The translations under genes and the position numbers were made by a program. From Squalus acanthias (taxonomy: Eukaryota), in contig CM059437.1 of the NCBI GenBank assembly GCA_030390025.1, forward strand, positions 77,686,001 through 77,750,000: a stretch of DNA of 64,000 bases, read 5' to 3'. Positions within the stretch are counted from its first letter, which is position 1, and every line of letters begins with the position of its first letter. The notes beneath the pieces were generated by a model. The model had not been told where the DNA came from and did no database searches. It saw only the letters and a program-made list of their open reading frames with translations. Below, one piece after another: positions 1 to 12,787 of the stretch.

Positions 1-365
1 CAGGTGCTGGTTCAGGAATCTACTTGGTGTTTCTGGTTTAGTTCCTTGTAGGGCTGTTGTTTCTAGTAGTTCTCATTACTCTCTGGGTCAGAGAATGGGC
101 GCTACAGTGTTGCAGATACCTCTCCAACCTGCACTCCCTTTGAGAGTGACTCGTCGCTGGGAGCGCAGGATTGCTAGATTTACCTTTCGTAGTCTATTCA
201 GTTAATATTTCCTATTCACCCAAGCTATATCTGAATTATATTTCAGATCAATTTCTAGACTTGCCATGGAGTTCAAAAGCCAGGTCTAATTGTCCCCTCC
301 ACCCCCCAGATGGATGTTTGCATGGCTACGTATTGCTTCAGAATACTCTTACCATATTGGATCAA

Positions 366-455
366 AAATGAGAAGTCGCACAACACCAGGTTATAGTCTA
401 ACAGATTTATTTAATTTTACAAGCTTTCGGAGCTGTTCGCTCCTTCTTCAGGTAG
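366..455 (-). mobile_element. Penelope-like element terminal (pLTR) fragment containing a minimal hammerhead motif
   Basis: Minus strand reads CTACCTGAAGAAGGAGCGAACAGCTCCGAAAGCTTGT...AATAAATCTGTTAGACTATAACCTGGTGTTGTG, resembling the Penelope-derived terminal repeat common in sharks (recalled, not searched). Confidence 0.6.
418..455 (-). ncRNA. Minimal hammerhead ribozyme motif (Penelope type)
   Basis: Core CUGAAGA, one extra A, stem II GGAGC/GCUCC (loop GAACA), GAAA, palindromic AAGCUU in place of stem III, then GUA pairing with the UAC 5' of the core (stem I). Confidence 0.55.
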
Positions 456-1239
456 GGTAGCTGTGAGAGAATCTCCCAGAATTCACAATATAAACACAGA
501 AAAAATCTATTCAAATCTTTCCCTACATCAAAGACACACTAAGAGCACAGCCAAGACAATGAGATGTGTCCCAGGGGGTCCAACGTGTCAAAACACCTGC
601 TGGCTGCATATCCTCTCCATTTGTGTTGGTTCTTGTGTTAGTTTTTTTTTTTAAAAACCTGGAAAGACCGGCCATGATGTCAAGTCACGTTCTGTATCGT
701 GACTTCACATCGTTCTCCACATATTGGATCAGACCAAGAATGATTTTGCGTTCCAAATTTGAATTAATCAAAATGATTTTTTTTTTGTTTTAATAGGAGT
801 ATTATGGGGGGGGGGGGTTGTCAGAAGAATTGCTCTGTAATGGCATTGTAAATGCATTCAGAAAGATCATGTTTAAGATGTCATTACACATAGTAGCTAG
901 AACAATTTTTCCCCTACTGTGGATTTTTGTAGAGAACACAATTGTGTTTGCAATCATGGTAGGGTTTTGTGGGGGGGGAAATCTGCACAATAGAGTTCTG
1001 GTTGGCTATTATTTATTGCCCTAAAGTGAAATAACAGTTGTTTCCTGCTGCTATAGATAATGGATATAATACAAATCAGACGTAAGTGCCCCATTTAACT
1101 CTGGTTTACATTAACCCTGATAATATGCATTTACCAATTCCCATGGTATTGTGGTGGACACTGAAATGATTTGATTGAATGTTGAGTAGATTACTGAAAC
1201 ATGCGAGGTTCTCTCCAACACATTTTTCTGGTTTACTAG

Positions 1240-1362
1240 GCTACAAGTGCTTTGGACGCAGAAAGTGAGCACCTAGTACAAGAGGCCATTGATCGGGTTA
1301 TGCAAGAGAGAACGGTTTTGGTAATTGCGCACAGGCTTTCAACTGTAAGAAATGCCTCAAAG
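1240..1362 (+). CDS. ABCB-subfamily ABC transporter, penultimate coding exon (D-loop and H-switch of the nucleotide-binding domain)
   Basis: Acceptor tttactag, then 123 nt (phase 0/0) encoding [41 protein letters not shown], then donor gtaagt. SALD and IAHRLST are hallmark ABCB motifs. Confidence 0.95.
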
Positions 1363-1619
1363 GTAAGTTGAGAGAATTTTGGTTTGGGGGAGAATTGCAT
1401 GTCAAATGTCTTTTTTTAAAAAAAAAAATGCTATAGTCGTGTCAAATTAGTGTTCACTGTCGGGGAACCCCTCACTGCTGTGAATTGAGCCCACACATGA
1501 GCAATTAAATGTGGCCTGCATATTGTGTAAAGCAAGGTAACCTATGAGAAACCAAAATATTAAATGATAAAAGGTGTTGGTTGGTGAGTTGTGACAGTTA
1601 CTCAAGATGATTTTGGATT

Positions 1620-2300
1620 CAAAAATTTTACAGCACAGAAGGAGACCTTTTGGCCCATTGAACCTGTGCCAGCTTTCTGAAAGAGCTGTCCGCTTAGTCC
1701 CGTTCCCCTACCCTATTATACTTGAAAAGGAAAAAATTACAGGACTATGGGGAAAGAGCAGGGGAGTGGGACTAATTAGATAGCTCTGTCGAAGAGCCGG
1801 CATAGGCTGTATGATTCTAACCTTTGTTCTTTGGTGATTTTAAATTTACACTTCTAGTTACTGACTCAGTGGAAATAATTTTGAACACCTCTGTCAGATC
1901 TTCTATTAATATTCGTTGTTCTAATAAAAGACCCTCCACCCCACTGCTCCCCTCCCCTCCCCTCCCCTCCACTTTCCCTCATCTATTCTAATAACTGAAG
2001 TCTTCATCCCTGGTATCATCATAGTGAATCTTATCTGCACCTTCTTCATTATCTACCTCTTGGCTTTCTAAGGCTATTTTTATTTTTAAAACTTAGGATT
2101 TCATGGGCTTTTTTTATACAAAGAGTTTTAACAACTTGTCCACCCACTTTTAAAGATTTGTGTATCTGAACCCCTAAGCCTCTGCTCCTCTACTCCTTTT
2201 ACAATGTTACCATCTAGTGTATATGGCCCTATTCTGTCTCTCACTTCACATTACTCCACATTAGATTTCATCTGACATCTATCTACCCTCTTCCTCTTTA
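1620..2300. mobile_element. Decayed CR1-type LINE 3' fragments in both orientations
   Basis: GGGGAAAGAGCAGGGGAGTGGGACTAATT on + matches the CR1 tail seen at ~52280; it is flanked by minus-strand CR1-like sequence. Confidence 0.5.
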
Positions 2301-3381
2301 ATGTTGCATTGAATGTTATCTTAGGAACAGAAAGAGTGCAGGTAAAACAGACCAGTTGACACTGAGAATCCTTTTGCACTCTGAGAAAGATCATAAGTGC
2401 TACCCAGTGGAAGATTTGATCCTAGCACAGCACATTTTTTTGCTACTATATATATTTTTTTGCTTTTGCTAAAACACAACATAAACTTGGCAAAGATGAT
2501 TTTTTTTTTAATAAACAAAATTGATCTTGAAACAGACTAAACAAACTGGCGCTGATGATCGAAAGCATATGCACTCCGCAGGGATCCTCTTGGTTTAATT
2601 CACCAGAGTGTGGCTGCTTTACTTTTTAACCAGGGTAAATGTATGCACGCACGATTTTATAATGGGGAGTTCTTAAAATTTTATGCATACTTTTGTACAG
2701 GACTGGATTTTTTTTTTATTGCAAGAAGCAGATATGGAGGTCAGTTCTTGAACCATTTTTCTATCTCTAATGTATATTCCATGATCAGCTCTTGATTTTC
2801 ATACAAAATAGTCCTTTTGAGTAAGAGCTCTTTATTGTTGGATGTTAAATATTCAGTCTCCAGGGTCCTCGTAAGAAGAGTCTAACAGCAGCCGTCTGTT
2901 CTGTATATTGAAACCAGGGCTTCAGCTCTGCCAGTGCCCATGTCCCGAGACCTAGACATTTCTGTCAGAGGCAGACTTAAAATATCATCTCTCTGGGAGG
3001 AAATAACAGCTGATGCTTAGATCAAAAGGACTGTGGACATTATGTCTTTCACTTTGAAGGATCATATTGATTGTGCCTTTAGTTATATTAAAGGAGATAA
3101 CTACAGTGTTGGATATTAAAAGAAATGGAAGATTTCTTACATTGCCGTGTTATTAAAAAGGTGACTTGAAGCTGGCAGAAGTGCTTTTCTTTTTTAATAC
3201 TACACATTGCAAACTTAGGTTCCAAAGAGGACAGAAGAATTCAACCAAAGAAACTCGAGCAACACTGTCTGTCAAAATGCCTGTCAGTAATAGCTGTATC
3301 CCTAAGGCTTTATGGCTCGTGCAAGGTTTTGCACAGTTTCTATGCGACATTATTGGATCTTGGATGGTATAGTTGCTCCCT

Positions 3382-3603
3382 TGAATCTCTAACTTCTGGA
3401 ATTCCCTTCCTAAACCTCCCTGCCTCACTTTCTTCCTTTAAGATGCTCCTTAAAACCTACCTTTTTGACCAAGCTTTTGATCATCTGCCCTAATTTCTCC
3501 TTATGTGGCTCGGTGTCAAATGTTGTTTTAAAACACTCCTGTGAAGCGCCTTGAGATGTTTTACTACGTTAAAGGCACTATATTAATACAAGTTGTTGTT
3601 GTT
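3382..3603 (+). mobile_element. L2-type LINE 3' end
   Basis: CTGGAATTCCCTTCCTAAACC...CTCCTTAAAACCTACCTTTTTGACCAAGCTTTT...GTGAAGCGCCTTG...AAGGCACTATA tail ending in (GTT)n; the same tail occurs at ~4440, ~20460, ~30230 and ~59150. Confidence 0.8.
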
Positions 3604-3959
3604 GAATAGGCAGAAATCACAGTTGCAACTGGGCCAAATTAAATTTTCCTGCTGTATTATCTCCTCACTTTCCGCTACTTTCCCTTTCTTTTTAGAGCCG
3701 CCATTTTTTTCTGCTGCATTGTCTTCAGCCCCTTCTTTCCTGAAGACGTTGACTCCTTGCTGCGGTGCAGTTCTTTTGGTGCTGGTTATTTCACTGTGGG
3801 GGCATCCTGTCCTCACCTGATGTCCACACTTGCACTTCCAACAAGGTTCACTTGATAGTGATCAAGAATGTGAACCATGGTGCACTTTTTCCCTCCAAGC
3901 CCCGGGGTGGTGATAGCAAATGTAGCATAATCTGCTGTTTCATTTGAAATATCCCAAAC

Positions 3960-4615
3960 CCGCGACCTCTACCATCATCACCAAGATCGTCTACTTCCAC
4001 CTCCACGACATTGCCCATCTCCGTCCCTGCCTCAGCTCATCTGCTGCTGAAACTCTCATCCATGCCTTTGTTACCTCTAGATGCGACTATTCCAATGCTT
4101 TCCTGGATGGCCTCCCACCTTGCACCCTCCGTAAACTTGAGCTCGTCCAAAACTCTGCTGCCCATATCCTAATTCACACCAGGTCCTGTTCACCCATCAC
4201 CCCCTGTGCCCGCTGACCTACATTGGCTCCCGGTCCGGCAACTCCTCGATCTTAAAATTCTCTTGCTTGTTCTTAAGTCCCTCCATGTCCTCGCCCCTTC
4301 CTATCTGTGTAACTACCTCCAGCCCTACAATCCTCCGAAGTTCCTGCGCTCCTCCAATTATGACCTCTTGCGTATCCCCAGTTTTCTTCGCTCCACCATT
4401 GGCAGCCGTGCCTTCAGCTGGCTAGGCCCTAAGCTTGGAAATTCCTTCCCTAAACCACTCCGCCTCTCTACTGCTCTCTCCTCCTTTAAGAGGCTCCTTA
4501 AAACTACCTCTGACCAAGCTTTTGGTTACCTGCCCTAATATCTCTTTGTGACCCTCAGTGTCAAATTTTGTTTGATCGCTCCTGTGACGTGCCTTGGGAT
4601 GTTTTATTACGTTGT
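3960..4615 (+). mobile_element. L2-type LINE, frameshifted RT C-terminus and 3' UTR
   Basis: Translates to AAETLIHAFVTSRCDYSNA...LELVQNSAA...ITP..ADLHWLPV...KILLL..KSLH, typical of the L2-clade ORF2 C-terminus. Confidence 0.85.
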
Positions 4616-4890
4616 TATATGAGGACAAGGGCAGCAGGTGCATGGGAGCGCCATCACCTCCAAGTTCCCCTCCAAATCTCACACCATCCTGACTTGGACG
4701 TGTATCGTATCGTTGTTTCTTCATCGCTGGGTCAAAATCCTGGAACTCCCTACCTAACGGCATCATGGGAGTACCTTCACCACAAAAAGGACTGCAGCAG
4801 TTCAAGAAGGTGGCTCACCACCACCTTCACGAGGGCAAATAGGGATGGACAATAAATTGCCAGCAATGCCCATATCCCCAGAATGAATTT
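4616..4890 (+). mobile_element. LINE 3' end (CR1-group family; also at 11800-12097 and 44540-44765)
   Basis: CACACCATCCTGACTTGG...GGGTCAAAATCCTGGAACTCCCT...GGACTGCAGCAGTTCAAGAAGGTGGCTCACCACCACCTT is shared among three copies in the window. Confidence 0.8.
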
Positions 4891-4924
4891 ATTTTAAAAA
4901 AAAGTTCAGGGCAGACCTCTGGAA

Positions 4925-5098
4925 CAAAGTTCCCTCTAAGCTGCGCATGTGCACAGCTGCACAGTAATCTGCAAGGTTCCACGCAGGCCGCTCACAAGCT
5001 TTTCCATTGGAAATACTGTGCACGTGCAGAAATTTAAAGGGACCACGCATTGAAATAAACAGGCCGTGCACAACAAACTTAGCTTAGAGGGAGCGTTG
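4925..5098. mobile_element. hAT-like MITE inserted in a CR1 3' fragment (host ~4902-5295)
   Basis: Terminal inverted repeats CAAAGTTCCCTCTAAGCT / AGCTTAGAGGGAGCGTTG. The 8-bp flanks CTCTGGAA / GTCAGGAA match at 6 of 8 positions, consistent with an aged hAT target-site duplication. Confidence 0.7.
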
Positions 5099-6624
5099 GT
5101 CAGGAAGTGTTTCTTTACACAGAGAGTGACCAACAGCTGGAGCATTGCCAGGAAGAGTGGTTGAAACCAGGACATTTGGCTCATTTAAAAAAAAAAATGC
5201 CAGGTGCTATAGTAGGAAAATAGTAGAGATGGTGTACTGGAAGGATGAAGTCAAATAAGCTGAAGGGACTTCTTCATCCAAGCCAATCTTGTGAGGGAAT
5301 GCAACTGAACTTGTGTTCGCAAGTATAAAACTGTAGAATAACAGAAACAAGTGAACAGTCCAAGACGGGGAGAAAATGTCATCTGTAGAAATAGTTTTGC
5401 TGTGGAATTGCTCTGATCTAACTTTTTTCTCCCCCCATCTCAGAATTGCCTCCTCCTGCAGCCAGAGGATTTAGATGGTCTATTAATAGCGACATGATGT
5501 CCAATCAAAGATGTTTCTTTGGTAGCTGATACAAGATTCCCCTGTCCCTGTCCCCCGTCCCTTAGGACATGCAGGCTGCACTTGGGGACAAAAAGGCTTA
5601 AATGAACCTATTAACAATACTGTAAAAGTATAAATCCTTAAATCAGAGCTAAGTGATGCTGCTTGGAGGTTATGATGAAAATCATTTTAATGATCTCCCA
5701 ATGTTTCACCGAGGACAAGAGATAAATTGGAAATTCTACAGTTTGTAGTAACATAGAAATGGGAAAACAGTTAAATTGATTATTTAATTCAAACTTCATG
5801 ACCATTTGAGGACTGGAATTTTACTTTTGTGATTTAAACAAAACATCTGAATCTACTATAGTTTCGAGAATACTCTGATTCGATGTTTCTTGAACAGCAA
5901 TATAAAGTTCAACATTGTGGATTTGCAGAAATTCTTGTTGTTTGAAAGCATGTCTGCATTTTAAGTCTGAAAAAGTACCCGTCCTGGAAAAGTTAAACAA
6001 TGTTAAATTACTCATTTTAAATCCAGCAAAAAGTCTGAATACCTAATTGTTGGACCTCAGTTTTCCTATGAAATTTACATGCAAATAATACAGCTCATGT
6101 ATAGGAAGATCAAATGAAAATGTGAAGTAAATGTCAAATGTTCTTTGCCAATTTGACTTTACTTATAATCCAGTGGGAATTAACGCTACTATTGTGTTTA
6201 TCTTTTTTTCAGCTAAAATAACCCAAGTCAAATTGAGTACTGCCAAAGATACTGCAAACACTGCCTGCTTTGCTGGAAATGATTACTATTGTACTATTTC
6301 CTGCTTCTCTGTACTTTGAGAGTTGGGCCATAGAATTCCTAATTAAACTTCCTCAATGGCTAGCTCTGCAGAAATTATGTCGAGCTACTCATGCTGATGA
6401 GCATAATGTGACCTTTTTATAAAAGGATGCTGGTAAGGATTTGTGTTCATGTAGGCAATATTAAGTTTTTTTTTCCGAATTCCAGAATAAGTAAGGATTA
6501 CACAACAGTTTTAACATAAATGCTTTAGCAGATTTGGACCAAACTGAATACATGTCCTCTCTCAACCACTAGATTGCTTTAGAAAATGAACATGCTCCGA
6601 ACTGCCCTTCTGAATATCTACGAA

Positions 6625-6950
6625 GCACAGCATCTGTCTTTCGGATGAGACATTAAACCAAGGCCCCTTCTGGGGTGGACGGAAAAGATTTCATGGCACT
6701 ATTAGAAGAGAAGTAGGAAAGTTTGCCAGATGTCCTGGCCAACATTTATTCCTCAACCAACATTACCTAAAAGCAGATTATCTGGTCATTAATCTCATTG
6801 CTGTTGGTGGGATGTTGTTGCACATGAATTGGCTGCCACCTTTCAGTACATTACAACAGTAACTACACTTCAAAAGGCCTTCATTGGCTGTGAAGAGCTT
6901 TAGGATGTTCTGAGGTCGTGAAAGGTGCTATATACTGTAAATGCAAATTA
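6625..6950 (+). mobile_element. Deu-domain SINE (SacSINE1/AmnSINE1-like), 5'-truncated
   Basis: TCTTTCGGATGAGACATTAAACCAAGGCCCC...GGTGGACGGAAAAGATTTCATGGCACTATT...GTCCTGGCCAACATTTAT, followed by an L2-like tail. Confidence 0.8.
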
Positions 6951-9900
6951 TTTTTAATCTTTCTTTACGTGATCTCAATAATTGAGCTAATTGGATATTT
7001 CACAAACAATATTGTTTTTTTATTCTTTGTTTCTTCCAAATCTTAGACATATTAAAGCCATGATTGTGCCAGATTGAGTATCTAAAGCAGTCTACTCCAA
7101 TATCAAACTGTTACCACAATGTCATTTCACAAGCATCGAACTTAAATGAGTGATGTTCTCTCATCAAACTCTTGATTCCATACAATTTTGATTAGCTTAA
7201 AATTGGTGCCAATAAACAATTCTTTTCTAACATAACAATCCCTAGCCAGTAAAATGTTCCAGTTATCCAATTATTACTGCTGACTAAACACTATTAAAAG
7301 CATATGCACTGATCCAAATTGGAAGCAACCTGTTAGGCAAGTGTCTTAAGAATATTGGATAGTGAGAGGGATTAAAACTAACTCATCTGTGCTCTTGGGA
7401 ATTAGATCTATTATGTGGCAATAATATCACCTTGTATATTATCTGCTGACCTAATTGTTCAAAGTTATTCATTTAAGAAAAACCTAATGGGCACTAACTG
7501 CAAGAGCTCCCAGCACTTGAACTGCAAAAGATGAAATTCTGACTGTTGCTTTTGTTTAAAATACTTGCATCTGGTAACCCAAAAGTTGATCAGTTGTAGT
7601 GCTAGCTAACAATCGTAATTATAAAGCTATAAGCCCAAACTAAACTGTTCGACAAACCAACAAATCGCCTTTATTTAGAAAATATGCGGTATTAAATAAT
7701 CCCTGAATAGTCCATCTAAAGTCATGTTCCCAATGACCGCATGCCTATTAACTGTTTTCCACTGTAGCAATTGTGGTTCAGTAATTAAGCTTTCTAGACT
7801 ATCAGTTTTCAAAATCTAAACTTTGTCTGGCCAAAGAAGGAACATTCTTGTGGACTTCCCAGAAGTCATAAATATATGCACAAAAAAGGAAAGAAGATAG
7901 CTCGTACTGTGTATGTGTTTAGCTCTGCTGCAGCAATCTGGAAGGAAGATGGCTGGTACTGTGTATGTATTTAACTGTGCTGCTCAAACTGGAAGGTGTA
8001 AAAGTTAAACATTTACTGGCAGTACTTGAACTATGAAGTTTAATTTCTCTGCTTAGTAGAAGCAGATGCCTGCATTCTGTGTTTAAAATGAGTTTCCAAG
8101 CTAACGGCATGTTTTATAAATTCTGGCAACTAATGGGGCCCTTGTGGTTCTTATCTGACACCTCATAGTTTCTATTGAACTGGACAGCATTTTGAGACCA
8201 CTTTCAACGTAAAAGCAAGAACTTCCAAGTGCCCTTAAACTTATTAAATTTTTTTAAAGTTGTATATATAATCTGTAATCTTGATATAAACATATTCCTA
8301 GCAATGTTCTGATATAATGATACCTGGGAGTGAGTTATAAGAATAATATAATCAAGGGGATTAGAGGAAGTTATAAACGTTATCCGAACCCTGCAATTAA
8401 GTTACAGCCTTTGACTCACTACCAGGTATCTGTTGTTTAAATAGTAATGGATGACTGTACTGTACCATACTGTACTGGGAAATGAGCAGAAGCAGTTCAG
8501 TGTAAAAAATGAGACCACGGCCTGCTTTCCTCAAATCTCCAGTGCAGATGAAATATATTAATATTTGATAGCATTTGCTGCTACTGTTGGAGACACTGCC
8601 TTCAGTTTCTGGTCCTTTGCAGCTTCAAATCAGGCTCACACAGCAGGCAAGAAAACTATGAAGGAGGTAATTGGTTGTTCTTGGTGTTCTCAGTCAAGCC
8701 TGTCTATTCTGAATTGAATTTGAGTTAACAGTGTTGAATTAGTAAGAGTACTGCATTTTACAATACTGTGATTGAATTCAGATGGCCATTATACATTCAA
8801 TCAACTATTAATCCAAACTCTTAAGGTCTCATACCCCATTTTTATTACGGGTTTGCTGTAGACAGCACTACTGAAATTGGCAACAAGTTCTTAATGTAAA
8901 AGTAGTGATGCTTTGGAGGATGGAGGCAACAAGCTCCACATATCCTGGTGTTTCCAGTTCTACATCAAACAGCAGGTCTATTTCTGCTTGCAGTGTAACT
9001 CAACAGAGGCAGAGGTGGCAAATAAACATAGCCCCTGCCACACTGAGCTGATGAAGTGCATCTATTCCTCTCTGTGCAGACACTAAATAAAGGGGTTGCA
9101 CCCTGACGCATATGTTTGTAGCTTTCCCCAACCATTGGGTAAAGTACTACAGTGAGAAAATTTTTAAAACTTTTTAAAATTTTAAAAACTTTTTCCAAAA
9201 TGGCTGCATGCCACTGCTACTCGTTTTAAGACCTTCCTTCCACACAAATACAATGAAAAGACCAACTGATTCACTTCAAACTACTAAGCATGCTGGCAAA
9301 TAGCATTTGGTAAGGTATTGTGATAACATACTACAGGTTGCTTTTAGGTTTCTTCTAACTACCTCCGTCCAATATTTTGATGTCTGTTTTGGTGTATCTG
9401 TCAAAGTTAGCAATGGTTAGTTTGGTATCCTTTAGAAGTGGATCGCAGTAAAGTTTCCTACACCTGCACTAAAATGCCTGCATGAGATGTTGTTTATCAG
9501 CCTCCATTGTGGGTCTCTTTCTTTAGATTGAGAGAAGCTAAAAGGATAGTTAATTTGTAGAAATTGCTGTACTATTAGATTTTTTTTTTAAACTGGCTTT
9601 GCACCAACAGCAGTTATACTGCTTTTGGTGCAAAACTAATATGAAACAAGATCACCTCCAATACTGGTCCAAACTGGCAGCTCTATATTGCACAAACGTG
9701 CCAAAAATTATGATGCAGCACCAGTATCAATTGTATAAGTACAGCATTACTCCTTGTACTGCACATGTTTATCAGACTGAATTATCTAGACTGTTCTTAA
9801 AAGCTTATAAACCATTGTCAACTATTTTCTATTTTATCCATCTGTTCTCATTCAGCCCTTACCATTGTGTTGATCTGCTAAGTTCACATTTTTTCAGGGT

Positions 9901-10454
9901 TTTTTTTTAATGATTCTGTACTCTTGAGTCTCCACTTGCAGTGATTGTGCATGAAAAGCAAATTCTTTCTCAAGTATACCAATGACTATCCTGGGTCTGA
10001 ACCTTGGTAGTTTGATTTTTTTTCTTTGCAACTCCCCACAAAACCCTGGGGCACCTGGAATTTGCTGGTTTTGGGATGTGGTGGGCCTGTTCCATAGTGA
10101 GTGCTATCTTGGGGCAAGGCTTACCATGCACAAAGATCGCAGGGAACTTGTGGAACACCTCTACCTTCCCTCCCTTCCCGAATGCAAAGATTCCTTACAT
10201 TGTGCCAAGGTTTCCCATTCTACAAGCTGTTGTGCTTGGAGCAATCTCTTGATCTCTCTGTAGAGGGTAAGTGACCTTGCTTTCCAGGTCTAGGAGACTC
10301 TTGGCTCTAAGGCACACCTTTATTGCCTTTGAGCAATTGAACTTATCTTTTTGCTCCTTAACATTTTATTAATTTTAGGGCTCTTCCAAATGGAGATTAT
10401 TGTGCTTGGAAACAAAATCTCTTCCATCTCTTTGAACTCAGTTTAAATGGAACA

Positions 10455-10690
10455 CTTGAATTAGCTGATTTCACCCAGGGTGAAGATCAAATTGACAGTT
10501 AGACTTCATGCTCCTGGATAGAGAAGGGAAGCATCAGCCAGTGTTGCTGCTCCTTATGGCTATTTAGTAAGTCCTGCTGGAACTGGTGTGCACGTGTGAG
10601 CAGGTGTGTATTTTAAAGTAGTTATGTGCCTGACGAATAACTAATTAGGTGAGGGACCAGCGGTTGGGGAACTGTGACTCCAGCAGGGAA
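10455..10690 (+). mobile_element. LF-SINE-like element, decayed
   Basis: TTAGCTGATTTCAC...ATCAGCCAGTGTTGCTGCTCC...CCTGCTGGAA resembles the LF-SINE core and the other copies in this window. Confidence 0.5.
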
Positions 10691-11189
10691 GAGCGAAGAG
10701 AAAATACTTTTTTCCCCTCAAAGAGCACTGCAAAGTTAGGTATAGCGCACATCAGATGAAGGTCGAAGCTCGCTCGACCATCCCTCAACAACCTGCCATA
10801 ATTACAACCTCAGAAGAGTATCTCCTATCCCATCAAGGTAACAATTCTATTTCCCACAGCAGTTGTTCTTTTGAATGAGTGTTTCAAATTATGGCCTGTG
10901 AAGTCACCCACTAGGAAGTGGATTGAAAGTTATCAGCCATTTCACTTAGGATATTTCCTGCTGACAGAGAGGGGAAACTTTAATTCTTTCAATCAGGATC
11001 GATAAGTGAAAGCATGAGCATTCCTGATTCATTGTGCTACCCAATCTTAGTACTTTTTGTCTCTGCCTTGAAGGTTCTAACTTACTTTTTTATTGATGAA
11101 CCTATTTCAAGAGTCAAGGCCCTCCGTGCAGGACACCAGCAAGGTTGAACAGAGAAGGAATGAAGGTGAGGTAAATCAGGAACTATTGA

Positions 11190-11520
11190 TTAGGTGATAC
11201 CACGTTTGGGTTTTAATAGCTTGTAGATTGGAGAGGAAGCAAAGACTGAGGGAAGTAAGGCATTCCACAGTTTAGAGGTCCTGGGAAAGGCTAGATAAGG
11301 ATACTGAATTTTGAATTCACAGTGAGGATGAAGGAAAGAGAAAGAATGTGCTGGGTGATGATGCAGCAGTTTAGGAGAACAAGAGAAGGAAAGTTCAGAG
11401 CAGCGCTGTAGTACTGATAAAATAGGCACACAAGAAAAGTTGTGACAGAGAAAGAGTGGTTGGCAGCAAAAGGTGAGAGAAGATTGTCTTGAAAGGCCTT
11501 TCATTGTATTCTGCATAGGA
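11190..11520 (-). mobile_element. Non-LTR retrotransposon RT C-terminal remnant
   Basis: Minus-strand translation contains FPRTSKLWNALLPSVF, the usual end motif of CR1/Crack/L2-group ORF2. Confidence 0.6.
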
Positions 11521-11799
11521 GATTGAGAGAAGTGTTGGAAGAGTCAGATTTGCTAACTCGTCCATTACGGTTTCTTGTACTTTGCTAGGAGTGTCCTTAC
11601 TTCACTTCTGCTTGAGAGGCATGTTGTTGAGATATACAATGTGCCATATTGCCGCTTCGTTTGCCTTCTGTATGGTATTTTTTTTCTGCCAAACTAAGAA
11701 TTTCATTCTTTGCTAGTTATTTTGGATGCTGACGTCGTTCCTCTTTCTACAAGAGTGGCCACATAAAAGGCCTGTAGCGAATTAATTTATGATTTTTTT

Positions 11800-12097
11800 T
11801 TAATTCATTCATGGGATGTGGGCTTCGCTGGCAATGCCAGCATTTATTGCCCATCCCTAATTGCCCTTGAGAAGGTGGTGGTGAGCCGCTTTCTTGAACC
11901 GCTGCAGTCCGTGTGGTGAAGGTACTCCCACAGTGCTGTTAGGGAGGGAGTTCCAGGATTTTGACCCAGCGACGATGAAGGATCAGTGATCTATTGCCAA
12001 GTCAGGATGGTGTGTGACTTGGAGGTGGTGGTGTTCCCATGCGCCCGCTGCCCTTGTTCTTCTAGGTGATAGAGGTCACAGGTTTGGGAGGCGCTGT
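11800..12097 (-). mobile_element. LINE 3' end (same family as 4616-4890)
   Basis: Reverse complement of the 4616-4890 and 44540-44765 tail. Confidence 0.8.
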
Positions 12098-12787
12098 AGA
12101 AATTGGCCTTGATAAGTGCCCCCCCCCCCCCCTAAATATTTGAATAGTGCATAATATTCAGTTCATTGGATATTTGAAATCCATTAATAAAAATGTTAAG
12201 TTAGCTGAACAAGTGCAATATATGATGGAAGTGATTTATAAAAAGCCCCTATGCAACTCATCACAGTATTCAGTAGAAAATGTTCATATCACAAACAGCC
12301 TGATACTTTTATTTTCTAGGTTGTTCTGCATCTGTTCGGCAGAAGGATATGGGAGTACTACTGTTTTTTTAATCCATCATGCTTCATGTTCTTTCATGTG
12401 AAAAAGGATGGATACAAGAAACTGTACACAATAAATTATATACACATGCAGTACAGAGTTAGATGCCAGCTATAATATCTCGGCTTATGTAGTGAACGTC
12501 TTTTTTTATTAAGCATAAATACATCAAACCGATTTGTTGCTGTAGATTGTGCCTCATACTGGAGAATACGAGATTAACCAAAAAATAATTATCAATGCAC
12601 TTGATCCCACAAAGTCAGGAAGGTTTTACTGAAACTTTGAAGCAATGTTCATATGACTGGTTTGGGTGTGGAAAAATCAATAAAATAACGCTATTCATTC
12701 TTGTTTATAAAATATAATACTGTTTTAAAAAGTATTTGTGAACTATTTACATAAAGGTAATTTTTACGGCTTTTTTTTTAAATTAAG

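Noticed and set aside
2552-2572. CTGATGA-TC-GAAA-GCATATGC as a hammerhead
   Set aside because: There is no stem II, no UH cleavage site after the palindrome, and no stem I pairing.
10753-10780. CAGATGAAGGTCGA...TCGACC hairpin as a ribozyme
   Set aside because: The core reads CAGAUGA rather than CUGAUGA and no GAAA follows. It is more likely part of an old SINE remnant.
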